Source of the DNA: an uncultured Eubacteriales bacterium
Lineage (GTDB): Bacteria > Bacillota > Clostridia > Oscillospirales > CAG-272
Length of the DNA stretch: 64,000 bases
Assembly: GCA_910586545.1 (NCBI GenBank)
Contig: CAJUIQ010000003.1
Span: 9,779 to 73,778, forward strand
Reading direction: 5' to 3'
The notes beneath the pieces were generated by a model. The model saw nothing but the letters and a program-made list of their open reading frames with translations. It was not told the origin of the DNA and ran no database searches. The translations under genes were made by a program, and so were the position numbers. Positions 1-9,855 of this stretch are shown piece after piece. Position 1 is the first letter of the stretch. Every line of letters starts with the position of its first letter.

Positions 1-408
1 GTGGTATATCCTGTACACTTAAATCCTATTGTGTCGGAAGCCGCTAATGCGGTGTTTGGAGACATGGACAGCGTCCGTCTGATTCAGCCTCTGGAGGTGG
101 TGGAATTTCACAATCTGCTGGCTAAATCTTATATGATTCTTACAGACAGCGGCGGCATTCAGGAGGAGGCTCCTTCCCTGCATAAACCGGTTATCGTTCT
201 GCGGGATACCACCGAACGGCCTGAAGGCGTGCAGGCAGGAACGCTGCGTCTTGCCGGCACAAAGGAAGACGATATTTACAACATGATCGATACGCTTCTG
301 TGTGATCCAGCACAATATGATGCTATGTGCAGGGCGGAAAATCCTTACGGTGACGGACAAGCTTCTGCCCGGATTGCAGATGCCATTATCCGCCGATACA
401 ATTCATAA
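1..408 (+). CDS. wecB: UDP-N-acetylglucosamine 2-epimerase, C-terminal fragment (5' end lies outside the window)
   Basis: The ORF is open at the window edge. Motifs LTDSGGIQEEAPSLHKPVIVLRDTTERPEG and ENPYGDGQAS are typical of non-hydrolysing WecB/MnaA epimerases. Confidence 0.85.
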   Translation: MVYPVHLNPIVSEAANAVFGDMDSVRLIQPLEVVEFHNLLAKSYMILTDSGGIQEEAPSLHKPVIVLRDTTERPEGVQAGTLRLAGTKEDDIYNMIDTLLCDPAQYDAMCRAENPYGDGQASARIADAIIRRYNS

Positions 409-429
409 ATTTTGAGGTAAACAGGTTAT

Positions 430-2046
430 ATGAATACCAGTGTTTCTGCTTTTACAAAAACAAAAAGAAAACTGACGGATATTGTGCCGGAGCTCGTTTT
501 CGTTCTGCTGCTTATCCAGCCGGTTTTGGACATTATCTCTCACTGGGCTACGGAATGGGAAATAACACTTTATACCACCGCGTTTCGTTTTCTCATGTTC
601 GCGGGGATTCTATTGTACAGCTTCCTTATTTCTGAAAAAAAGCGTATATATATTCTATTTGGCGGTGTTATCGGACTGTACTGGATTCTGCACGTGGCAG
701 CCTGCTTTTTATCGGAAGGGGGATACCAGTCTCCTTTTTCTGATCTGAACAATTTGCTGCGTACCGTGCAGCTTCCTCTGTTCACGCTGAGCTTTATCAC
801 CTTTTTCAAAAAAAGCGATTTGATTCCAAAAAAAGTACAGTGTGCCTTTTTTATAAATATGGTGATTATGATTCATTCTATCATTTTCTCTTATATGACT
901 GGCACCCAAGTCTATACGTATGTAGACGCGCAAAAAGGACTGATGGGCTGGGCAACGGTACACAACGCGCAAAGCGCCATTCTTACCTTTGTCATTCCGC
1001 TGCTTCTTTTGTTTGTCTATCAGAAGAAAAACAAAGGCCTGTTTTACACAGCCTGTGTCATCTGCTTCGGGATCCTGTTTTTCACCGGCACAAAGGTAGA
1101 TTATTTCGCCATCTTTATTATCGCTCCCGCTGTGATGATCTTTTTGCTTATTCAGGGAGAGAGAAATCCCTTTTATTATGTAACGCTGCTGTGCGTTACG
1201 GCTATGTGTCTGGTCTGCTATAATTCCTCCGTTGTGCGGGATATTCGTGAGGATCATTCGCTGGCAATGGGTTACAAGCAGGACTATGTAAACCACTTAA
1301 TTAACGCAACAGAAAAAGAAGATGAAAACGGAGAGGTTTTGGGAACAAAGCTTCCCAAAGACTTAGATAAAGAAAGCTTTGACGCGCTGGATGATCGTAT
1401 GAAGCTGATGATCCGTGAGGTATATGATCTATATCTGTATCCAATGGTGGACACCTTTGGTTTTGAGCGCGTGTTGGAAAAATATGATTATTCTCTTTCC
1501 GTATCTAATCTGACGGCGGCACGGCAGCAAAAGCGTTTTTTTGCCCAGCTTGCCTGGGAAGATTCCGACCTCTTTACCCGGTGCTTTGGATATGAATACA
1601 TCACGCTGATCGCACAATATACCCTGGAAGACGACGAGGGAGAGCTTCACGAGTTAGAAACGATTTATGATTTGGAGAACGATTTCCCTTCCGTATTCTA
1701 CTATAGCGGATATATTGGGTTCGCAATTTATATGTTGTTTATCGGATATTTTGCAGCGCTGATCATAGTAGGACTGCTTACCAGAGGGAAAAAGCTTATT
1801 AACCTGGAAACCGCTATGGTTGGTGTTACATTTGCGTTGGCTATAGGTTCCGCACAATTTTCTGGAAATGTTTTGCGCAGACCGAATGCTTCGATTTACG
1901 TATCTGTGATTTTAGCTTATATCTATTATCTCACCGTAATTCAATATGACGTTAAATTGCGGGATATTTTGGGTATATTCAGCAAAGAAAAACGAAAGCG
2001 CTGGAAGGAAAGTTCCCCAAATAAAATCACCGCAGCGGATGAATAA
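430..2046 (+). CDS. polytopic membrane protein, O-antigen ligase/Wzy-polymerase-like (family not verified)
   Basis: 538-aa ORF located 21 nt after wecB. It has many hydrophobic helices, a large hydrophilic loop and C-terminal helices. The family call rests on architecture and context only. Confidence 0.55.
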   Translation: MNTSVSAFTKTKRKLTDIVPELVFVLLLIQPVLDIISHWATEWEITLYTTAFRFLMFAGILLYSFLISEKKRIYILFGGVIGLYWILHVAACFLSEGGYQSPFSDLNNLLRTVQLPLFTLSFITFFKKSDLIPKKVQCAFFINMVIMIHSIIFSYMTGTQVYTYVDAQKGLMGWATVHNAQSAILTFVIPLLLLFVYQKKNKGLFYTACVICFGILFFTGTKVDYFAIFIIAPAVMIFLLIQGERNPFYYVTLLCVTAMCLVCYNSSVVRDIREDHSLAMGYKQDYVNHLINATEKEDENGEVLGTKLPKDLDKESFDALDDRMKLMIREVYDLYLYPMVDTFGFERVLEKYDYSLSVSNLTAARQQKRFFAQLAWEDSDLFTRCFGYEYITLIAQYTLEDDEGELHELETIYDLENDFPSVFYYSGYIGFAIYMLFIGYFAALIIVGLLTRGKKLINLETAMVGVTFALAIGSAQFSGNVLRRPNASIYVSVILAYIYYLTVIQYDVKLRDILGIFSKEKRKRWKESSPNKITAADE

Positions 2047-2083
2047 AACGCGTTTTTGGGTAAACTGCAAACCTTGTCAAAAA

Positions 2084-2110
2084 GGGAGGCCAATATTGGC
2101 CTCCCTTTTT
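2084..2110. terminator. rho-independent terminator (bidirectional), followed by a second hairpin at 2125-2146
   Basis: GGGAGGCCAATATTGGCCTCCC stem-loop flanked by A and T runs. A second GAGGGAAATTCCCTC hairpin also sits between A and T runs, in the gap between convergent genes. Confidence 0.6.
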
Positions 2111-2163
2111 ATTCTTGTAAAAAAGAGGGAAATTCCCTCTTTTTTCGTTTAAAGAAACGCTCT

Positions 2164-2745
2164 TTACGACAAAGCCTCTCGTTCTTCACTGCCCAACTTA
2201 TATCTTTTCCAATCCTGACCGGGTCGATGTACTGCAAATCCCACAGTCTCCGCTTTGGGATAATCTACAGTATCACAGCACAGAAATAAAAACAGCGAAT
2301 CTTCTTCCTCTACTGTCACATCAGAAAAAATCAGACGAAAATGCCTGTAGAAATATTTCTGTTCTGTATCCGCCACTGTGCCCACGGAAACTGTATTTCC
2401 TTCCGCATCCCGCAGTTCCCAGGAAAAATCACTTCCATCCTCTACACCCAGATATTTGTAAACGCTCTCATTATAGCGCGCGGTAAGCTGTAATTCTCCC
2501 TGCTCCTTATTATACACAAGCGAATGAGCGGTAAAATATCCGTCAGGTGCAATTGGCGCGCTAAACTTGTGCGTGTAAAAAGCGTCCTTTCCAAGAGAAG
2601 CATACGCCTGTCGGGCAGAATCTGTTGGAATGATTTTCGTGAGGTTTCCGTTATCGTCCATCATAAAAACACGGCCTAGGATCACCAAAACGCCCGCTAT
2701 AAACACCAAAAGCAAAATTCTGCCTATAATCTTTCTAGATTTCAT
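2164..2745 (-). CDS. hypothetical N-terminally membrane-anchored protein
   Basis: 193-aa ORF with a single N-terminal hydrophobic helix (ILLLVFIAGVLVILG). No recognisable catalytic motif. Confidence 0.55.
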   Translation of the reverse strand: MKSRKIIGRILLLVFIAGVLVILGRVFMMDDNGNLTKIIPTDSARQAYASLGKDAFYTHKFSAPIAPDGYFTAHSLVYNKEQGELQLTARYNESVYKYLGVEDGSDFSWELRDAEGNTVSVGTVADTEQKYFYRHFRLIFSDVTVEEEDSLFLFLCCDTVDYPKAETVGFAVHRPGQDWKRYKLGSEEREALS

Positions 2746-2892
2746 ATATACTCCACGCCGTTATGGCTTTGTATTTGGGGCTGCTTTATTTTCTGCGCAC
2801 CCGGCGCGACGGCACCATTTTTAATAATTTTAACATAAGATTTCGCTGTGTGCAACGAAATTTGTGTAAACAAATGATATTTTTCGTTTTCC

Positions 2893-2921
2893 TTGACAAA
2901 GAAAGAAGAAAAGGGTATAAT
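2893..2921 (+). promoter_or_regulatory. sigma-A type promoter of yceD-rpmF
   Basis: TTGACA (2893-2898), a 17-nt spacer, then TATAAT (2916-2921). This is a perfect consensus about 100 nt upstream of the yceD ATG. Confidence 0.55.
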
Positions 2922-3021
2922 GAAAACGGTTTATGCTAAACTTGTGGGTATTATACTGCATAACAGATATCTCTCACAGGTGTACGGCTGACACAAACAA
3001 AGATGGAAAGGACATGTTTTC

Positions 3022-3549
3022 ATGAGACTGGATTTAACACAGTTGATGAATAAGCGCATTCCGTCGCTGCCCTTTTCCTTTTCCCTTACTCCGGATGCTG
3101 TGGAGGAAGCGCCGCAGCTTCCCGACGATATTACCCTATCCGCACCGATTCACGTTTCAGGCAGTGTGATTGACAACGATGGATATATGGCGCTGCGAGC
3201 GGAGATACGTGCCGACTATGCAACGGTTTGCGACCGGTGTTTGACACAGCTGACGGGCACCCTTTCTTTTCCGCTAGAGCGGATTGTCACCTCAGGCGGA
3301 GCCGGTGTTGAAAATATAGACGAAGACGATATTATATGGGTAAAAGATGGGGGAATCAATTTTGACCGCGAAGTTTTAGAGGCGGTAATTCTGGAATTGC
3401 CAATCTATCATCTTTGCAGCGACGACTGTCCCGGACTGTGTGATACTTGCGGCAGAAAAATCGGAGACGGCTGTACGTGCGGTGAAAAAAAAGAAATTGA
3501 TCCAAGAATGGAAATATTTCAAAAACTACTTGATAAAATGGATAAATAG
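3022..3549 (+). CDS. yceD: YceD/DUF177 family protein (23S rRNA accumulation protein)
   Basis: Cys cluster CSDDCPGLCDTCG...CTCG at the C-terminus. It lies immediately upstream of rpmF, as in other Firmicutes. Confidence 0.85.
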   Translation: MRLDLTQLMNKRIPSLPFSFSLTPDAVEEAPQLPDDITLSAPIHVSGSVIDNDGYMALRAEIRADYATVCDRCLTQLTGTLSFPLERIVTSGGAGVENIDEDDIIWVKDGGINFDREVLEAVILELPIYHLCSDDCPGLCDTCGRKIGDGCTCGEKKEIDPRMEIFQKLLDKMDK

Positions 3550-3602
3550 TAGTATAATGGATTGTAATGATCCTTTTTAACGATACAAAGGGGGGATTCC
3601 AA

Positions 3603-3788
3603 ATGGCAGTACCGAAGAGAAAAGTTTCAAAAGCACGCAGAGATAAGAGACGCTCCAACGTGTGGAAGCTGTCCATGCCCGGCATGGTAAAGTGCTCCAA
3701 CTGCGGTGAATATAACCTGACGCACAGAGTTTGCAGTGCATGCGGTTATTACGACGGCAAGCAAGTCATTGCTAAAAAAGAAGCATAA
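3603..3788 (+). CDS. rpmF: 50S ribosomal protein L32
   Basis: [18 protein letters not shown]-terminus and CxxC...CxxC zinc ribbon. The start was moved to the internal ATG at 3603, downstream of a GGGGGG-rich SD. Confidence 0.95.
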   Translation: MAVPKRKVSKARRDKRRSNVWKLSMPGMVKCSNCGEYNLTHRVCSACGYYDGKQVIAKKEA

Positions 3789-3792
3789 TGGT

Positions 3793-3830
3793 AAACCGCC
3801 TGAGCGCCTATAGGTTGCTGCGGCGGTTTT
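3793..3830 (+). terminator. possible terminator after rpmF
   Basis: AAACCGCC (3793-3800) pairs with GGCGGTTT (3822-3829) and is followed by TT. The large loop lowers confidence. Confidence 0.35.
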
Positions 3831-3868
3831 TCCGTTAAAGGTATTTTGCAGGAAAGGAAATATATGCC

Positions 3869-4486
3869 GTGATTCATCAGCCAGAACAAAAAAACCGAGC
3901 GCCTGAGGCCACTGTACTGGCCCTTTTTCTCTGCGCTACAGTAGGATTTGTGTTTGCATCCTTTAGCGGAATTGCCGGCAGAGGATTTCTGCAGGGAATG
4001 GCGCTTGTATTTTTTTGTGCAATGATTTATATTTTGGTACGGTACAAATTTTTTCGTATTCGCTATATTGTGCGTCCAAACAATAAGGCTAGCACAGACG
4101 ACACGGAAGAACCTGCAGCGTCTGTACAGAGCGACAACACAAAAAGTGGCAGTGCATTGCGTCTGCCGCCGGACAGGCTGGACTTTGTTGTGGAAAAAGC
4201 ACAAGGACGTCGGGTATTGACGGCAGAATGCGTATTGTCTTTGGGGAATTTGATTTCCTGCATTCCTTTGCCTCAGCATCGTAGAGACCGACGAAAAATT
4301 ACCAGACAATATAAAAAGGCCAAAACCTACCGCTATCTTCGAAATATGGTGGGAGCACATCAATGTATGCTGATATTTTCCAGCCGTGAAATGGATGATG
4401 TTAAGCTGATTATTGAACCTTCTGAAGAGATGGAAGGATATCTGTCCGCGGTAGCGCGATTTAATCGGGAAAAAAAGGAGGCGTAA
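3869..4486 (+). CDS. hypothetical membrane protein (two N-terminal helices, charged C-terminal domain)
   Basis: 205-aa ORF with a GTG start and two hydrophobic segments. No recognised family. The longer antisense ORF at 3749-4537 looks non-coding. Confidence 0.45.
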   Translation: MIHQPEQKNRAPEATVLALFLCATVGFVFASFSGIAGRGFLQGMALVFFCAMIYILVRYKFFRIRYIVRPNNKASTDDTEEPAASVQSDNTKSGSALRLPPDRLDFVVEKAQGRRVLTAECVLSLGNLISCIPLPQHRRDRRKITRQYKKAKTYRYLRNMVGAHQCMLIFSSREMDDVKLIIEPSEEMEGYLSAVARFNREKKEA

Positions 4487-4501
4487 CACGCCTCCTTTTT
4501 T
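4471..4501. terminator. bidirectional terminator shared by convergent genes
   Basis: AAAAAAGGAGGCG-TAACA-CGCCTCCTTTTTT. The TAA of the + gene (4484-4486) lies in the loop and the stop of the - gene (4500-4502) lies in the T-tract. Confidence 0.6.
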
Positions 4502-5954
4502 ATCTGTACTTTTGTACTGCTTCCATCGTTTGGCCAATTTGTGCCTCGGCTGCCCGTTCTATCGATGCAATCCGGGAAGAAAATACTCCCGGTTCCCGAA
4601 TCAATTCCCGCAGGGTGTCCGAGATACCGCCCCAATTATATATTGCGGCAGGGTCGATGGTTCCGGTATTTAGAATACGGTATAAATTCTCCCTGGATTT
4701 TTCGTCGTCCACATACTTAAAAGACAAAACAGAATCTACATAACACTCCCGCATACCACCAGGCCGATACCCTTCAGCCGCCAAATTCTCCAGGATTATC
4801 CCCGTTCGTAGCAAATTGCGGCCGGTCGCCATTATACCCAGAGCAGACGTATTTCCGGGCAAATAGGAAATATAATTTTCCTGATACTCGGTTCCCTTTG
4901 GAACCGGGAGCACGCCAAATTCATCGTCCATATCCCGCAGACTTCCAAGGGAGCCTATATCCGTAATATAAAACAGACTGTGTCGCTCCAAAAACATATC
5001 TCTGCTGCTGATTCCATCGGCTTCATTTATCTCTGCGTCATATACGTAAGGATTTCTGCTGTAAAGCTGTTCCGCAACCTTCATAAATATATTATAAAAC
5101 GCTTCGCTTGTACTGCAGGAAAGCGCCGGCATGCCGTATTCGTCTTGCTGACTGATACGCACGCCACTGCCATAAAATAGAGGAAACGCATCCTCCGCAG
5201 ACAACGCCGTTCCGTACAAATCTTCCCACGTCAGCGTGCCATTTCCGTCTATATCCGTATCTACAGCGTCCATCATGGAAAGCATGGCGTCCATCGTCCA
5301 TTTTCCACTGTCCACCAAATCATAAGGGTCCGGCAGACCTGTATAATCCCGAAGTAGGCTCATATTTACGCCCACCATGCTGTGCGCGTCATAATAAGAT
5401 AAATTTATATCTCCAAAAAATAAAAACTGTGCGTCGTCAACAGCCGCCTCCTGCATCAACGTCGTTTTCCACCACGGCTTAGATAAATTTACCGCCGTAA
5501 GGTACTCGTCTGTAACCAGATATCCAGCTACTGATAAAATAGACATGTAGGAAGCGCTGTTCCATACAGCGCTGTATTTGTCCTCGTCTGCAAGGCAGGA
5601 GGCCACTGCAATATCATGAATTTTTTCCGGCGTATCCCGCACCTCTTCTATGGTAATGTTCAGACGCTCTTCCACATTACTGTTTCGCCGGTAAAGGGTC
5701 TCGTTCAGCGTATCTCCCTCCAGGGTATCCGTGTCCATCTTGGACGCGGAAGAACCGGTGCGGGCATTGAGAATTGTAAAAGTATATTCGTCAAAGCTTC
5801 CGGTGGGAACATCTGCAAACAATTCCCCTTCCTCCGGACGAAAGTCCGCAGCCGTGTCATAAGTATGTCCTCCGGACTGTTTTCTACCACAGCCTGCAAG
5901 TCCCGCCGCAAGGCCGATGGCCAGAAGCAAACATATACTCCTTCGTCCAAGCAT
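4500..5954 (-). CDS. ABC transporter extracellular solute-binding lipoprotein (large family-1 SBP)
   Basis: Lipoprotein signal LLLAIGLAAGLAGC. The start is set at the ATG at 5954, preceded by GGGGGGAG. The size and sequence style resemble LplA/YtcQ-type sugar SBPs. No permease genes are adjacent. Confidence 0.75.
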   Translation of the reverse strand: MLGRRSICLLLAIGLAAGLAGCGRKQSGGHTYDTAADFRPEEGELFADVPTGSFDEYTFTILNARTGSSASKMDTDTLEGDTLNETLYRRNSNVEERLNITIEEVRDTPEKIHDIAVASCLADEDKYSAVWNSASYMSILSVAGYLVTDEYLTAVNLSKPWWKTTLMQEAAVDDAQFLFFGDINLSYYDAHSMVGVNMSLLRDYTGLPDPYDLVDSGKWTMDAMLSMMDAVDTDIDGNGTLTWEDLYGTALSAEDAFPLFYGSGVRISQQDEYGMPALSCSTSEAFYNIFMKVAEQLYSRNPYVYDAEINEADGISSRDMFLERHSLFYITDIGSLGSLRDMDDEFGVLPVPKGTEYQENYISYLPGNTSALGIMATGRNLLRTGIILENLAAEGYRPGGMRECYVDSVLSFKYVDDEKSRENLYRILNTGTIDPAAIYNWGGISDTLRELIREPGVFSSRIASIERAAEAQIGQTMEAVQKYR

Positions 5955-5982
5955 ACGCTTCTCCCCCCTCTTGACCTGTCGT

Positions 5983-7983
5983 TTAAATATCCGCTCGCTC
6001 CGCATACATAGCGGCAAATTGGGCGATAAATTCTTTTCTTGCCGGCAGATTGTCGCCTAGTAGTGTGTCGAAAATTTCCTCTGTAGCCTTAGCATCCGCT
6101 TCGGATACGCGAATCAGACGCCGGGTGGCAGGATTCATCGTAGTCTGCCACATCATGTCCGGCTCGTTTTCTCCAAGTCCTTTTGACCGCTGCAATGTAT
6201 ACTTTACATCCCCCAGCTGCTCCAGAATCTGCGTCTTCTCAGGCTCATTATATGCAAAATAAATTTTATCCTTTGCGGTAATCTCGTATAGAGGAGACTC
6301 TGCAATGTACACCTTCCCTTCTAAAATGAGGCTGGGAAGCAGCCGATAAAACATGGTCAGAAGCAGAGTACGAATCTGGAATCCATCTTCATCGGCATCG
6401 GTGCAGATAATAATTTTAGACCACCGCAGAGATTCTATATCAAAGGGAACAAAATCCCCCTTAACCTTGCCCCGAATTTCCACGCCGCAGCCGATTACCC
6501 GCAAAAGGTCTACTATAATATCGTTTTTAAAAATTTTTTCATAGGTACTTTTCAGGCAGTTCAGCGTTTTTCCACGCACTGGAATGATCGCCTGAAACTC
6601 CGCGTCCCGTCCCAGCTTACAGCTGGTCATTGCGGAATCTCCCTCCACAATATATAGTTCCCGGCGCAGAGGATCCTTGGAACGGCAGGAAACAAACTTT
6701 TCCACCCGGCTGGCCACATCGTTGGTAGTCGCCAATTTTTTTCTGATGTTGAGGCGGGTAGATTCCGCCGTTTCCCTGGACCGCTTGTTCACCAGAACCT
6801 GACTTACCAGTTTATCCGCTTCCATGGCGTTTTCCAGAAAATAAATTTCCAGTTGTTCCTTTAAAAAGTCAGTGAGCGCCTCCGCAATAAAGGAGTTGGT
6901 AATGGCCTTTTTTGTCTGGTTGGCATAAGAAGTCTGTGTGGAAAAAGAGTTGGTTACCAACACCAGACAGTCTTCCACATCCGCAAAGGTTATTTTGGAT
7001 TCGTTTTTATTGTATTTGCCCATCGCTTTCAATTTTCGGTCAATGGCATATACAAAGGCATTTTTTACTGCCCGTTCCGGTGAGCCGCCGTGCTCCAAAA
7101 AGCTGGAGTTATGATAGTATTCCAGCACATTTACCGTGTTAGAAACACAAAAAGAGACCTCAGCAATCAACCGGTATTCTTCTTTATCCTCACGATCCCG
7201 GCCTCGCGTCTCCGGCATTTTCCACAGCACAGGCTGGGTCATGGCCGTATCCCCCGCCAGGCGGGCCACATAATCGGAAATTCCGTTGGGATACAGGAAT
7301 TCCTTTTCATCAAAAGATCCGTCCGCATTTTCGTAGCGCAAGCTGAACCGCAGCCCCGCGTTGACCACCGCCTGTTTTTCCAGGGTGTCTTCATAAAAGG
7401 CTTTGGGAATAGAAATATCGGTGAACACATCCAGATCAGGACGCCAATAGGTTACCGTCCCGGTGCGGCGCTCTCCTTTTTCCAGTTCCCGGGTTTCCAG
7501 CTGCCCCACCGGATTGCCCTTTTTAAAGGACATGTGAGACAAATTTTGCCCGTCAAAGGAATGCACCTCAAAAAATTCAGAAGCATACTGGGTGGCGCAG
7601 GCGCCCAGTCCGTTTAACCCCAAGGAAAACTCATATCCGCCCATGCCGGAGTTATTCTTATATTTGCCGCCTGCATACAGCTCACAATAAATCAGTTCCC
7701 AGTTGAAGCAATCGTACTTTTCGTTATACCCCATGGGGATTCCCCGTCCCCGGTCATCCACCTCGATGGAATGATCCCGATAGACGGTGACGATAATAGA
7801 GGATCCGTACCCCTCTCTCGCCTCATCCACAGAGTTGGATAATATTTCAAAAAAGGCATGCTCACAGCCTTCCAGCCCATCTGAACCAAATATAACCGCC
7901 GGACGCAGCCGTACCCGGTCGGCGCCCTCCAGCTTTTCTATGGATTGGTCATTGTACTGCGCCGTTTCCTTTTTCTTTGTCAT
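5983..7983 (-). CDS. type IIA DNA topoisomerase B subunit (GyrB/ParE family, divergent)
   Basis: GHKL ATPase N-terminus (EILSNSVDEA), Toprim region (LYIVEGDSA, ICTDADEDG) and C-terminal tail (RSKGLGEN). 666 aa. Confidence 0.85.
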   Translation of the reverse strand: MTKKKETAQYNDQSIEKLEGADRVRLRPAVIFGSDGLEGCEHAFFEILSNSVDEAREGYGSSIIVTVYRDHSIEVDDRGRGIPMGYNEKYDCFNWELIYCELYAGGKYKNNSGMGGYEFSLGLNGLGACATQYASEFFEVHSFDGQNLSHMSFKKGNPVGQLETRELEKGERRTGTVTYWRPDLDVFTDISIPKAFYEDTLEKQAVVNAGLRFSLRYENADGSFDEKEFLYPNGISDYVARLAGDTAMTQPVLWKMPETRGRDREDKEEYRLIAEVSFCVSNTVNVLEYYHNSSFLEHGGSPERAVKNAFVYAIDRKLKAMGKYNKNESKITFADVEDCLVLVTNSFSTQTSYANQTKKAITNSFIAEALTDFLKEQLEIYFLENAMEADKLVSQVLVNKRSRETAESTRLNIRKKLATTNDVASRVEKFVSCRSKDPLRRELYIVEGDSAMTSCKLGRDAEFQAIIPVRGKTLNCLKSTYEKIFKNDIIVDLLRVIGCGVEIRGKVKGDFVPFDIESLRWSKIIICTDADEDGFQIRTLLLTMFYRLLPSLILEGKVYIAESPLYEITAKDKIYFAYNEPEKTQILEQLGDVKYTLQRSKGLGENEPDMMWQTTMNPATRRLIRVSEADAKATEEIFDTLLGDNLPARKEFIAQFAAMYAERADI

Positions 7984-8014
7984 GTGCTCTTTTACCCTTC
8001 CTTATAACTGCCAG

Positions 8015-8479
8015 TTACCAGTCAAATTTTGTTACGGTTTTCCCGTCTCTGCTTACCAGCAGATATCCACAAACGGAATACCTGTCATCCTCGGGCAGAT
8101 ACCAGGAAACCCGTACTTTATAAAAGCTTTCTCCCGTTTCCGCATCCTCCATGGTTCCCTGAGATACAAAAGAATACGAATACCCTACATCCGGGTCCTT
8201 GTCACCCAGATATGCCTTAGCTGCAGCCAGAGCTTCCTCCTCTGTAATATGCTTTTCAGAATGATTGGCGGTAGTATCTTCTTCATCGTCCACAGTGGTT
8301 TGGGCCGTTGTGGTATCTTCCTCTGTCCAAGGTTCCGTTTGCTCCGTTTCCTCCGGACGTGTCGTTTCTTCCGCCCGCCGCGTTGTTTTTGACGTTTCTT
8401 CTTTTGTCTGACGCACAGAGCAAGCGCTCATAGAAAGCGCCAGCACCAGCAGGATTGTCGCGATCATTCTCTGTTTCAT
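8015..8479 (-). CDS. hypothetical lipoprotein with T/E-rich linker
   Basis: Lipobox LSMSAC, an acidic Thr/Glu-rich low-complexity linker, and a small C-terminal globular domain. Confidence 0.6.
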   Translation of the reverse strand: MKQRMIATILLVLALSMSACSVRQTKEETSKTTRRAEETTRPEETEQTEPWTEEDTTTAQTTVDDEEDTTANHSEKHITEEEALAAAKAYLGDKDPDVGYSYSFVSQGTMEDAETGESFYKVRVSWYLPEDDRYSVCGYLLVSRDGKTVTKFDW

Positions 8480-8493
8480 AGTTTATTCCTTTC

Positions 8494-9834
8494 TTACTCA
8501 CTTTTGCCAAGCCCAGCCTGCAAAACCTTCAAATAATCCCCTTCTGTGAGGGTTTCCATATTATACAGCATCAAAACCTGGTCTATATCATTTTCCAAAC
8601 AAAACTGGAGCATGGATGCCTTATAATACCGAAGGTCTATCAGAATCAAATCGTAATGCCGCGCCAAAAAAGGTACCATGCTATGTGCAAAGGAGTCTTT
8701 CAACACCAGCAGCGTCTGGCGGTCGTCGTCTCCATTCTTTGTAATATGGGTGTACCCAAAGTTACCGCCCAGAAAAGAAGCATACTGATCCTTTTCCTCT
8801 AAAAACTCTCGAACGTAAAAACTATCGAAAATCGCATACTGCTTCCCGTCCCGCTCTTCATACGTGCATCCTGCATAATCTTCAAACTGCATGGTGTTGT
8901 CCTGAATGGTCATGGTATAGGCATCCTCATCTTCATAATGATAATAGACAATAGAGTCGGGCGCCGCCCATTTTGCCCCGGAGGCCGACCAGGTAGTACC
9001 ATAAAAGTCGTGTGAGACTTCCTCTGCTGTAAATGCGCCAAGAGCCAGTGGCGCACCTCCAAGTGACTCCATTACCTGAACATATGCATAATAGGCGCCA
9101 AGGGACGTCCAATGGTGATCGGTTTTGTAATATACCGCCTCTCCGTCCGCCGCTCGACTGCGTAAAGGATCCCGCAAATTTAAATAGGCAAGTCCATTTG
9201 AGCCAGTAATGTCCTCTAAAACACCCCAAATTCTATCCGAATAATAGGAGCCGTAAACAGGCGGCAAATATTCGTCACATACGTCCTGCTTGCGACCCAC
9301 CAAAGCGGCTGTGCACGAAATATCCTGTTCTTCAGCCGCTTGCTGAAACTTTGCAGCAGCGTCCAGATTGGTTTTTAAAATCGTTTCATTCGGATAATCC
9401 ACACGGGTAGTCAAATATCCGTCGCTGCCGAAAATTACCCCGTTGTTCTGCCCTTTTAGCTGAACCGTTTCGGAAAAAGCTTTCATCCCCACAAAGAAAT
9501 CTCGAAAGGGAAATTGATCCGCCATATAATCGGAAACCTGTTCTGTAAGCTTGCCGGAAAAAAAGTTCTCTGCGGAAATCTCCGGAGCAGAGGCAAGCAC
9601 CCGATTTTCTTGGGCGGAAAATTTCGAGTCCGGCAGCACCCAGAACAAAATTGCCATTACATATATAAACCCAAGTGTTAGCAGAATCAGCAGCACATCT
9701 GCGCCGCGGCTTTCCTTTTTCACCTGCATCTGCAGATGCAGATAGCGGGCCGCCTCACTGTCTGCGGTAATTTTTTCTTTTTTCACCGGCACGCCTGTAG
9801 GAACCGGCTGTATGTCTTTTGCTGTATGATCCAT
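8494..9834 (-). CDS. DHHW family protein (AlgX/AlgJ-like SGNH-type acyltransferase partner)
   Basis: Motif YYKTDHHWTSLGAYYAY, an N-terminal membrane anchor, and a position directly downstream of the MBOAT gene. Confidence 0.8.
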   Translation of the reverse strand: MDHTAKDIQPVPTGVPVKKEKITADSEAARYLHLQMQVKKESRGADVLLILLTLGFIYVMAILFWVLPDSKFSAQENRVLASAPEISAENFFSGKLTEQVSDYMADQFPFRDFFVGMKAFSETVQLKGQNNGVIFGSDGYLTTRVDYPNETILKTNLDAAAKFQQAAEEQDISCTAALVGRKQDVCDEYLPPVYGSYYSDRIWGVLEDITGSNGLAYLNLRDPLRSRAADGEAVYYKTDHHWTSLGAYYAYVQVMESLGGAPLALGAFTAEEVSHDFYGTTWSASGAKWAAPDSIVYYHYEDEDAYTMTIQDNTMQFEDYAGCTYEERDGKQYAIFDSFYVREFLEEKDQYASFLGGNFGYTHITKNGDDDRQTLLVLKDSFAHSMVPFLARHYDLILIDLRYYKASMLQFCLENDIDQVLMLYNMETLTEGDYLKVLQAGLGKSE

Positions 9835-9855
9835 AATGGTTCACCGCCTTTCTGC

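Noticed and set aside
3749-4537. 262-aa minus-strand ORF overlapping rpmF and the 3869-4486 ORF.
   Set aside because: It overlaps the end of the clearly real rpmF gene and runs through the shared terminator hairpin. Its sequence is basic and low-complexity. The + strand ORF, with two clean TM helices, is the more plausible gene, though it is itself only moderately supported.
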